From NCBI GenBank assembly GCA_051942245.1, contig JAVECL010000053.1, positions 1-64,000 on the forward strand: a stretch of 64,000 bases of DNA, read 5' to 3'. The translations under genes and the position numbers were made by a program. The notes below the pieces were generated by a model, which saw only the letters and a list, made by a program, of their open reading frames with translations, did no database searches and was not told the DNA's origin. Position 1 is the stretch's first letter; each line of letters opens with the position of its first letter. This document shows positions 1 to 11,017 of the stretch, piece after piece. This DNA is from Trypethelium eluteriae. Lineage: Eukaryota.

Positions 1-3000
1 CGGGGTTCGTCCTGGCGGAGGTGAGGGAGGTTGCGGGGGCTCGTAGAAGAGTAATTATTGGGGCAAGAGAGTTGGATGGGAAAGGGTTGGTGGCGAAAGC
101 TGAGGGCGAGGGGTTGGAGGAGGTCGATGACGAAAGGGAAGGCGGACTGCTGGGAGGAAGGCGGAGATGTAGTTCGCCTGGGCCTGCAGGGAGGGATAGC
201 TTGTCAGCGAAATCTATCGCACGGAAGGCGCTTTTCATGCGCAACTCGCAGTCAAAGGTGAAGAGTGGGACAGCTCACCAAAATTGCAGCGATCTGTCAA
301 CGCTCCCGCTGCATGCCTGGCGACAATCCTTAAACTTTCACTCCCCACAGTCTTAATGCTCTCCCCTTCCTCTTCAGCTCGTCGGTTAATAACCACCAAA
401 TCCTTCCACTGCAAGTCCTTCAGAGGATCCGTCGCCGGAATTAGTTCCTGCTGCGCTGAGGCAGACGCTGGTTTTACCGATACGTTGTCCAGTTTCAATC
501 TTGCTACAATATCTTCATGGCTCGTCACACTCATCCCATTGAGAATATAATACAGCGTATTCCGCTCATTCGCATCGTTGAAAGACATGAACAGGGAGAT
601 CTGTGCCTCCCCCCTTGGTAATCTCATCAGCAGCACAGGCGCACCTTTGGCATTTACATCTCCGTCATTCTGAAACTCGAAGTTGATTAAGATCTGCTGC
701 GCGAGCTCATAGGTCAGGCTCCTCAGCGTTTTTGTCTTCGGAGAAGTCACGACTAGCAAGCGGTAGCCCCTGTGAATTCTACGATCGCCGGTGGGCTCAC
801 GCTTCACAGCGATACGTTTGAAGACGCGGGCACGACAACGAGGGATGCGCTCAGGTGGGAAGCCATAGCTGCCAGTCGGATCGGTGAGCTGGAAGTCCCG
901 AAGGGTGACCTCGTAAGCAAAGCGCTCCTGGCCATCAGAGATGGGCTGCAGTGAGAGCTCGAGTTTGGTGGTGTAATCGTAGATATTCCAGATGGTCTTG
1001 AAGTCCTTTTCATTGAACTCAAGACTGAGCGTATAGCCGTGGGGCAAAGAGACGTAGAGGCCATTGTATCGAGTCCTCCATTGTACATCATACCAGGATG
1101 GAGCAAGCTTGCGATCAGGTTGTACGCACAAATTCGCAAGTTCTGATTGACTGCAGATGAGCATCTTGATTTGGTAGTCTGTGCGATCTCGAATGAGGGA
1201 TACGACGCAGGCAAAGGAAATTGGTTCTGTATTTTGGTCGTCTGTGAAGATCGAGGCAGTAACGAACATGCGTCCGTAATAGAAATCCGTAGGTGTGTCC
1301 GCAAGTGGAATGACCGAGGAGAGGTTGTACATCTCTTTCTGCTGGACTTCCTCGGCAAGAATGGACTTGGAACGCGTCCCTGATAAGCTGGTTTTGACAT
1401 CAAGGGAAAAGGATGGGTAAGGGACCCAGATCATTGTATCCTGCCCTTGAATGAGAGACGCAGATGGTGGCATCACATTGTTACGAGACATCGACATCAT
1501 TAATGCCTTAAGATTGGCAAGAACGTGCTCTACTACATCGTAGATGCGCTCGGACTCTGAAGCCCGTGTGGACCCACGAGAGCTAGTCGTGACTGCAGAT
1601 CTCGGTTCTTCCTCACCTACCCAATTGGGATGTAATGGTACCACTTCTGTGACAATCCACCAGCATTTGGCCAAATCAACATGCGGCTGTGCAAGCTGCT
1701 CTCGCCATTGCGGATCAGACGGATCTAAGTGCCGCGGGCGTCCTCTTATTAATTCTTCAAGCCCCGCTTTGCCCTTTAGAAACCACCAAATACTTGCGCG
1801 AAGCCATTCCATTAGAGACGCCTGCACAGACTTTTCCTTCTCAGCAGTCAGGCGGAAAATGCCCTTCATATGCACCACTCTTGCGGCAAATTCCTCGAGT
1901 GCAGCATCACCTTGTGGTCCCATCATGCCTGGTGAGGGTTGCGGTGGGGTTACTTGTTTCCGATTCGGTGATTGACCAATTGAAGTCCCTCGAGGTCGAC
2001 CATATGTTGGATCGACTTGAACAACCGGCCTCCGGTTTGGCGAGTGCTCTGGTACAGGTTTGCGGTTGGGAGATTCATCAGGCATTGGCCTTCGACTACT
2101 CACAGATCGTTCACTGGCGTCGGATGATCTCTGACCTGGTGGCGGCTGGTAAGCTTGGATGGGCCTGCGAGCGGGTGGCTCCTCAAATTGCGGCACAGGT
2201 CCACGTGTAGGTGATTGCCGTACCGGTGGATATGCCATACGGGTTGGAGATGAACCCTGCCGACGGTGTGCTGTGGGCCTCATGGTTTCGTCGTAGGGGG
2301 GATCCAACTCGATAGAAGCAGGCCCAGGCCCAGCCTTTGGGATTTGCGCCATCGTCTGCCCATAGGCGAGCTGCGGCAGGAGTGTCGTTTCGGGCTGGAC
2401 CTGTGAGGGAAATGCACGTGGAGTAATTTCGTCTTTTGTGACTTGTGCAGTTTGCGACGGATCATGTCTAATGGGTGCTAATTTTGGCCGCGGCGCATTT
2501 TCTTGTTGGTAGAATGGGTCTCGAGAAGGTGCATCTTGAGGGCTGAACGGCTTGTACTGGGGTTCTCCAGAAGAATTTTCTGGATGACGGATCTGCTGGT
2601 ATGGCGGTTCCTGATAGGCCGTGTCTTGCAAAGCGCCACGTGGATAGACGTTCTCTTGCGACCGACTTCGATCATATTGTTGATTTTGCTGTAAGCCTTC
2701 CCCTTGCATTCCTTGCGAATATTGGCGTTCCTGCGACGGTGATGTATGCACGTCCCATTGGCCCATTACTTGTCTTGTGAAGTCATCTGTTGATGAGTCC
2801 TGTTGCTGGAAAAGGGATATCATCGGAGGATCGTGCTGAAAGGCATGCGGCGGTGGCTGTGGTACATTAAGAATCGGGGGTTGTCCCAGGACTTGTCCGG
2901 AGTGATGACTGGGTGCCATATTCCGCGAACCACTTGTATCTGTAGATCTCGTGGATTGAGGTGAATCGGCTTCGTATCGAGGTGATGGCCTAAACGGAGG

Positions 3001-4452
3001 AGCGCGAGCTCCTTGCGGTTTGGCATATGATGCAGGAACTGGCATGGCGGGTGAAGTAGAGAGTGAAGGAGGCACAGCTGGAGGCATGAGCTCTTGGCTG
3101 ATTCTTGAGTTCGAACTCGAAATTGATGGCCGTGGAGCCACCGAATCTTCGGACAGCCTCTCAGGATTCTTGGGCGGTAAAGGTGATGAATACTCAACCA
3201 CTGGCATGGGCATTTCGCCATGAATAGCGTCATGTAAAACTTGGCCCTCTTCAGCTCGCATCCGGTGCTGGACCTCGGCGGACGGGGACGAGCGATCTGA
3301 TGGGTGGGTGTGGAGAAACCTATCAAGCTCTTGGTGAGGTTGAATAGGTGAGGATAAGTCCGACGGCGGATCGTTGTTGGGAAAGCGATTTTGTGGAGAT
3401 GCCTCGTCGCTACCGGGGGTCTTTTGAAATGAACCTTGCGTTAAAGCACTATGTGGCGAGTAATCTGAAGAGGTATCATCCTTAGCCAGGCGACTTTGCG
3501 GTGGTCCTTGAGCGTTTGCTGTAGGCTTTTGCAACTGTTCCCTTGCCAAGGCACGGTGGCTCTGGTAATTCGATGGGGTTTCGTTCTTGTGGAATCGATT
3601 TTGCGCCGGTGTTTCTGCACTGATTGGGGTTTCTTGTAATGATCCTTGGCTCACGGCGCTGCCGGGTGCTTCATCATCAGACAGATCCAATCCAGTAGTA
3701 GACAGTCCAGTTTGTGTACGCTGCAGAGGGCTTGGCCGGAATCCGTGATCGATAGGTTCTGGGGCTTGTGTAGGAGTCGCGATAGGCTGAAGGGCCTGTT
3801 GTGCCCTGAACCTGCTTTCCACCGGTGGAGAAGTCATGCCACCGCCAATTGTCTGTGATCGCCTGAGAGCTGCACCTTCAGACCAATCTTTGCTCTTGCG
3901 TTTCGATTTGACCTCTGCTGCTCTTGTAAGACCCTGTGACAGCTCCGACGTACTCGTTCTCAACGCGCTGTCATCCTGCGATATCTGGCTGGTTTTTGGC
4001 GATGCGCTATTGGCTTTTTCTTGTTGTTTCTCCAGAAGTCGCCTTTTAGATATTTCGATCGAAGGTATCTCCGTCTCATCGCCCCCTTCTCCAATTATCT
4101 CAGGCGCTGTCCTGACAAATGCCACCACCAGCCCCTCTTTCCTCCGCCCTTTACCTTTGAGGCCTCCTGGTATGGTCGATGTCTTAATAATATCATGTCC
4201 TCCCACCTCTGTAGCATCTGGCCACCGCTGTGCTACAGCAACGTCGATTTGTGGATAGAGTTTTGAGGCCTGGGCTTTGCTTGTGGACGGCTTCAAGAAG
4301 TCGTTAACGTCTTCGTTCAGGGCGAAATTCGTATCAGTAGTATTCTTAGGCGAAGGCTCCTCGTTCGAGGTATGTCTTCCTTTCCAGCGCTTGGTCAGGA
4401 ACCTCGAGACACCACGCTTACCCTCGCCGAGGCTGGGATTCTCTTCGGCCAT
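1..4452 (-). CDS. Large uncharacterised fungal protein (>1450 aa) with a long Pro/Ser/Gln-rich disordered N-half and a globular C-half; 3' end runs off the window
   Basis: 1405-aa ORF from ATG 4452. An intron at 278-184 (GTGAGC donor, GCTGAC branch, CAG acceptor) lets the frame continue as ...DRCNF-GPGELHLRLP... to the window edge. Confidence 0.85.
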
Positions 4453-5419
4453 GGTGAGGGGGATCGATGAAATTAAGGAAAGGGAAGAGGAGCACGGGCA
4501 GCAAGTGAATGAGCGACATGTAGCTTCTTGAGTAGAGCCCCAGAAGCAAACAGCACAGAATGTTCAGGATAGCTGCCCGGCTATGATGTTCGCGCCGCTT
4601 GTGAGTGAAGTTCAGTAAGTAGTTACGGTAAGCGGCGGCGGCGCTTCGCTCGTGTGCTTCTTGCCCAGCTCCTGGCTGAAACGATGCAGGGCCCTACCAA
4701 TCAGAGACACTAAACTCGGGTCCGGGATAATTTATTTGGAGGACACTTTATGAATGACGGGCTGGCGATTGCAATTGTCACGGGCGCACTAACTCCACCA
4801 ATTCGGGCCAGCCATAGTCGCAAAAATAAGCCGTCGAGGCTTTGCAAAGTAAAGTTTCCAGTGTCTCAGCCGCACACGCAACCGCCAACCGTAAAGCGGT
4901 CAACAGCTCGGTCTGGTGTGGGGCAAGCTCAGGGTCTGCCCGTTGAGACAATGAAACTTAGATAACTCTCCTTGTGGCGGCAGCCTCCTTTTGGATAAAG
5001 TCATTTACAGCACTCAGTCAAGCCTGCTGGACATTACATTCACTGCCCAGGTACCCGACGTGAAGAGAACACTCGTGACTACCTAGGCATGAAACTGTGA
5101 GACACTCGTCGATGCAGACTTGCTACATGCAGCATATCTCTACTCTGAACGCCGCTCTGGCTTCTCTCCACTTTCAAGGATTTGAGAGTCACTTGTCCAA
5201 TGGCCATCATTACGATTGCCCTCAAGAATGTATTTGGCTGGGCACCTCTGCAGTGATCGTCATCATTTGCATCGAATGAGAGAAGCAGAGTATCAACTCC
5301 ATTGGTCTACTCGCAGCTGGCTACTGCCTAAGAGTTTTGATTGAGGTCCGGCCGTTAGAAAATCCAGCCCCTTCCGTCACCCTAGATTCATTGTTTGCTA
5401 TCTTCATCCAAGCCCACGC

Positions 5420-6358
5420 TTAGGCCTCACCAGCCTTCACAATGGTTGGCGGCCCTTCCTTATACTTGATAGCGCCAGACTGGCTACCGCATGCCTCAAT
5501 TGATTTGACAGTCTTGAACGAAGCAGTGTCTCCGTCGGGAACCTTACCAAAGACGACGTGCTTGCCATCAAGCCAGCTAGTGACGACGGTCGTGACGAAG
5601 AATTGTGAGCCATTTCTGTTTGAGTTGGCCGTCAGTAAACCATGAGAGATACGGATTCGGGTGAATGCTACGTACGTGTTGGGACCAGCATTAGCCATAG
5701 ACAGGAGGAAGGGCTGGTTATGAGTGAGCTTAAAGTTCTCGTCCGCGAACTTTTCACCGTAAATAGACTTGCCACCCGTGCCCTGTTTATAGCATGTCAG
5801 CCTTGTTCATAAAGAAGGTTGACGTCGAGTTGGCACGAGAGCCTGTCCCACATACATTGCCACGAGTGAAGTCACCACCTTGAAGCATGAATTGTGGGAT
5901 CACTCGATGAAACTTGGAGCTCTCGTAGCCAAAGCCTTTTTCGCCGGTGCAGAGTGCACGGAAATTCTCCACGGTCTTGGGGACGACATCATCGAAGAGC
6001 TCGAAATTGATGCGACCTCTCTGAGCTGGAGAGCAATGTGGTCAGCATTGAATGGATGACTTTGATGATGCCAATGGTTGTGCAGCTAGCTTCGGCTGAA
6101 CCAGGCGGCAAGAAGCAAAATCTGAAAATCGAGGCACAAGAATGTCTACACACCTTTGGCAGTACTACCAGTCGAGGTGACATTGCCCTTGCCGTCGACC
6201 TCAACGTCGGGGCCAGTCCACGTGCAATCGAAGAAAACTTTCTTGACCATGTTGGCGGATGTTATAGAGAAGTTTCTGGTGAGAGAATTGGAGGAGGGAC
6301 GGAGGATGGTGGGGTAAGTTCTTAAAATGCTTGGGCGGGCTGAGCTGATGAGGGGCAT
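5420..6358 (-). CDS. cypA: Cyclophilin-type peptidyl-prolyl cis-trans isomerase (cyclophilin A-like) with an N-terminal presequence-like extension
   Basis: Spliced exons give KKVFFD...[31 protein letters not shown]...[28 protein letters not shown]...[15 protein letters not shown]...[10 protein letters not shown]. Three GT-AG introns (first 6153-6026). In-frame ATGs at 6358 and 6250. Confidence 0.95.
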
Positions 6359-6960
6359 TTCTGTGTCCCGAAAACAGTTTAGCCTCTCACGTCACTCAGA
6401 TCGCTGCACTCCTGCAAAAGGGGAAAAAAATGTGCAAGGCTGGGTCAATCGTCTGCAGCTCAGTTCCTCGTCATTGCGCCTTAGGATTTGCCAGTGACGT
6501 TCTCTGCTGCACCACGACATGATTTGGAAGCTGAAAGAGCTGATTGGACTGGAGACGCCAGCCAAGCAAGCTGATAAAAGGGGAACGTTGGGCGAGGTGA
6601 CGGACTTGGAAGAGAGCACCTACTCGGGTCAATATGTAGGCAGACACCGGTTGCTGAGAGACAGTTGGCTTGGAAACGATGGATAGATCGCTGAAAACGT
6701 AAGGAGTAATACAAGATTTGAAGCAAGAGGTTCGCAGAACTCGTACCTATAGGAAAGTTCTTGGGCAAAGTCATCCCATCATCTCCATCCCTGAAAGTGT
6801 CGATCACGTGCAGGACACTTTGACCTCAGCCCATTCTGTACTCCGTAATGGCCGCCAGCTTCACTCAAAAGTTTCATACCGCTGCACGATCGCGCTCCTG
6901 GGCGTCTTCTGATAGTCCTCTCATCTTCCTTTTTTCAGTTGAGGTGACACCTCGGTCGGA

Positions 6961-8826
6961 ATGGATTTCAACAGCATCCGGGAGCAAGTGAGCAACCTCA
7001 CACTGTACGACCTTAAAGCTGGCGTACGAAAGGTCCAAAATGGTGCGTTGGAACTTCACCCGGCCTTTCGATGGTGAAGGAGTTGACTTTATGCCACAGC
7101 CGTCATGAACTATACGGAAATGGAAGCGAAGGTCTGTTGAGCTTGAAACCTTGAGCAAACTCGCGTCGCTGACACGCATTCAAGGTCCGAGAAGCCACGA
7201 ATAACGAACCATGGGGATGCCCAACGAGCATGATGCAAGAAATTGCCAATGGCACCTATAACTAGTCAGTAGAAAAGAGAAAGCCTATGTTAACGGTGAC
7301 TCTAAATGCCTTAAACTTAGCCAACTTCTCAACGAAATCATGCCTATGATCTACAAACGCTTCACCGAAAAAACAGCAGAAGAATGGCGGCAAATCTATA
7401 AGGTGGCTAAGCTGAATATAAATGTGCGTCAAGGGCATGCTGACTTCGCTTCCAGGCTCTCCAATTGCTCGAGTTCCTGATCAAGAATGGCTCCGAACGC
7501 GTAATTGACGACGCACGATCACACCTCTCACTTTTAAAGATGCTTCGTCAATTTCATTTCATTGATCAGAATGGTAAAGATCAAGGCATCAATGTGCGCA
7601 ACCGCTCGAAGGAACTGGCCGAACTCCTCAGCGATGTTGACCGCATTCGTGCCGAGCGTAAAAAATCTAGGGCTACACGCAACAAATATGGTGGTGTTGA
7701 AGGCGGCATGGGCATTGGAGGCAGTACGTCCGGTGGTAGTCGATATGGTGGTTTCGGCAGCGAAGAGGCTTCATTTGGTGGATATAGCGGAGGTGTCTAT
7801 GGCGACGGCGGAGGCTTTGGTGGAAGCTCTGGGGGCTTCTCCGACACTCAAAGCAGACGAGACCGCTTCGAGGAATACGACGAGTACGACGAAGGCGCTG
7901 TTGCCGCGCCAGCAAAGCGCCAATCCGATCGTGACCCCCCTCGAGCAGGTGTAAAGCGTGAAACCCCCACCACGAAGAAAGCCGAGCCATCCAAACCTAA
8001 AGAACCCGAAGTCGACCTTTTCTCCTTCGATGACAACGATCAACCGTCTTCCATCCCAGCTCCGTCCGCTCCTCTCGGGTCAAACGGCAAAGCTCCAGCC
8101 TCAGCCGAGGAGGACGACGAATTCGACGACTTTCAGTCCGCAACCCCGCAACCCTCCGCTACCCCCGCTGCCCCATCCTCCTCCACCGGCTTGAGCATGA
8201 TACCGCCTCCGACCTCCACTTCCACGGCGACCACTTTCGCCGCCCCGCAACCAACCCGCGCTCCAGCCCCGCAATTATCCGATCTCTTCGCCACCGCCTC
8301 ACCTGCGCCAAGCGGCGGCATGGCAACCCCGTCCACCCTGCCTAGCGTCACCTCCCCTGCCTCCGGCTTCGGCGCGGCACCGAAACCGACTGGCTACCAG
8401 CCCTCAGGCCCCAACTACTTCACCCCTGTCTCTATGGCCTCAAATGCATCTGCCTCCCAAACTCCGTTCAACGCCGCCGGCACTGGCGTCACGAGCCGGC
8501 CCCTTGCTGGCAGCAGTGCCCCAGGAACAGCACAGAAGCCCAAAGCGTCGTCGGCAGGTGGCGATCCGTTCAGCAGTCTACTGGCTGGATCAGGCGCCAA
8601 GAAACAGAACGCGTCGCAGCAGGCGAAGGGAGGCAGTCTGGCAGATATGGCGAAGCAAAAGGCGCAGGCAGGAATCTGGAATGCGACAAGTCCGCCTGCG
8701 CAGAGTAGTGGGGGGTCGGCTGGGGCGGGCGCGGGGCAGAGGATGGGCCTGGGATCAGGAACGAGCGGGACTGCGGGAGCAGGTACAGGTACAAGTGCAA
8801 GTGCGAGTGATGACTTGTTGGGCTGA
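6961..8826 (+). CDS. ENT3: ENTH-domain epsin-like Golgi/endosome clathrin adaptor (Ent3-like)
   Basis: ATG 6961 and four short introns assemble MDFNSIREQVSNLTLYDLKAGVRKVQNAVMNYTEMEAKVREATNNEPWG...EWRQIYKALQLLEFLIKNGSERV...DQGINVR. The disordered tail has DLFSF and DEFDDF motifs and a terminal DDLLG. Confidence 0.92.
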
Positions 8827-9941
8827 ACGGAAGGGAATGCTTAGAAGGATCCGAGTTCGGCTTTGTGGACGAAGGACTGGTGGCAATGCGGATGGATGGT
8901 GGACCGAACCCGGTGACGACTCTAGATGTACGGAGTATCGAAGAGGTTGATATCATCAGACGGGAAGACCGAAGATGTAGATTACAAAGCGTGGAATCGA
9001 GATAGGACCCTGAAGCTGCAGAGGGACTTGATGCCACGCCTATAGGAATACATCCCGTCGTATTCCAAGTCTACTGAAAGAAGGGTATTCCTGGGCTCAT
9101 TACTTGGACTCGTGCAAAGCTGCTGCTGTGAGGCTGAATGTGAGGCGTCACCCTAACGCGTGGTGGCGTGATGGACGGGCTGCCTCGTGTGATGGATACT
9201 CACCTGCATGCGTCGGATCGACTTGCTGGCTTTCTTGATGTCAGTGTTGCCGTTCCATTTCAGGAAGCAAATCATGCGGATGTGCGCAGGGACAGCGGCG
9301 GTAGGCTTGAGATGGTCGCCGACTTGGTGCATCTCGGCAGGTAGGTTTCCAAGGGTCTGTTTCGAGAAGGCCCTATCTTGGTAGCTTCATTACACTATAC
9401 GAGAGATCGCTTCCCGCGGTACCGGGCGGATGCGCGGGCCTGATTAGCTAGCATCGTTCTCGAAACCTGCTAGAAACCAGCTGGAAGATTCATTGCATGC
9501 CTTCCGAGGTGATTTCGTCTAGTTAGCTCAACGTGGGCGTCCGCTAAGAGATGGTGCTTTGGTAGACTTGACGCCGGTGCAATTAGTGCCACACCTGGGG
9601 TTTTTGCCTGAACGCCAAGCTTTACAGAGCTCAATCTCGCTTGACTGTTCGAAGATGGAGATTCGAGTATTGATGAGCTGTCCATTTGACTTTTTGCCAA
9701 GGTTACTTCTCAGAGGGTGAGCGCCTCGGAAATCCAAGAAACTTTGCGTACATAATCTACCCAACACGGTCCCAATGGGGTGGTTTTTGGAGATGGACAG
9801 GCATGACGGGTCAGCCCAAATGCCAAGGCTGACTAGGATTTGCACGTCCCGTACCGTCGTGGGGTCGGCGCGTGCAGTTAAAATTGTTTGTGGCGTTGCT
9901 AGCATTGTCTTAACGCTGTCTATGCGCACACGTTACGAGCC

Positions 9942-10645
9942 TTATGATCCCTTTAGTGCCATTAAGCCGAGGATAATGGACTCCAAGTCGTTAACTTTAT
10001 TGAAGTCTTCACCGGCTTTACTCTCGGGCCCAGTGACACCATTGGCCAGCTTTGGTTGCTTCTGGCTCTTAGGTTGCGCTGAACTCTGATCTTGAATCTT
10101 ATAGAGCTTTCGTATTCTTGCGACATTGCCCGTTTCGGCAAAAGTTGCGTCTGCAAGGGCAGCAGCATTTCCCTCAACGTTCGCCATCAGGTGCCTTCGC
10201 ACGGATTCCTCGGTTATATCGGGAGTGGTGGACATGCCGACCTTGATCGCCACAATGTGTTTCGTATCGTCCACCAAACCGAAGCGACGGAACGATTCTG
10301 CTATCTAAGAGTCGATTAGAATTATAGTTCACGGGCATGATTCGGGCGCAAAGAGCAGCATTAACGCACGTTGTTATTTGGGCTGAGAGCAAACACAATC
10401 TCAGAGTGCACGTTTCGGGTCTTGAGACGATTTGCGTTAAGGTTGTTGATGGCGCGGAAGCAAGCGGCAAGAAGATGGGTTGTAGAGAGGATGACTTCAG
10501 CATCAATAAAGGCATATTCGTAGTCAGGGTTGCCGGTCAGGAGTTGACTCCGAAGAAACGAGACGTTTTTGACGTCACGGAAGGTCCCGACAAACAGTGG
10601 ATTGCCGGGAAGATGCCCAAGCGCGAGCGCCTGAACGGCGGCCAT
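9942..10645 (-). CDS. CGI121: KEOPS/EKC complex subunit Cgi121
   Basis: Two exons: ...YAFIDAEVILSTTHLLAACFRA...LKTRNVHSEIVFALSPNNN | IAESFRRFGL...ILGLMALKGS. The intron has a GTGCGT donor, CTAAT branch and TAG acceptor. Confidence 0.92.
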
Positions 10646-11017
10646 GGTGGTGTATTAGAACCAACTTTGTCGGGAGCGTCACACTCGTTCAATTGGAGGA
10701 CTGGACAAATTGTTGAAGAGTCTAGAACGGAGGGAGAAGCCCGAACGGTTGGATTGGGCAGGAATCTCCAGATCACGTGACTTGGTAGAGCATCCGGAGG
10801 GCTAGGTACAGAATAGGCCTTGGCGGCATTCGCAAGCACGAACTGTTGCAGCCGCGTCCGCTTAAGAAGGCTGACGATCCTGCCCATTCCTCGTCTCTTC
10901 ATGTCCGCCGATTCCACAAGCAGAGGCGACGACGGTTCGCGAGTTGGAGAGTTGGAGGAGCTACCGTGGGCCTGTTGCCATCTTCGGCTTCCTCCACGGA
11001 CGCTGCCGTGAGCCGCA

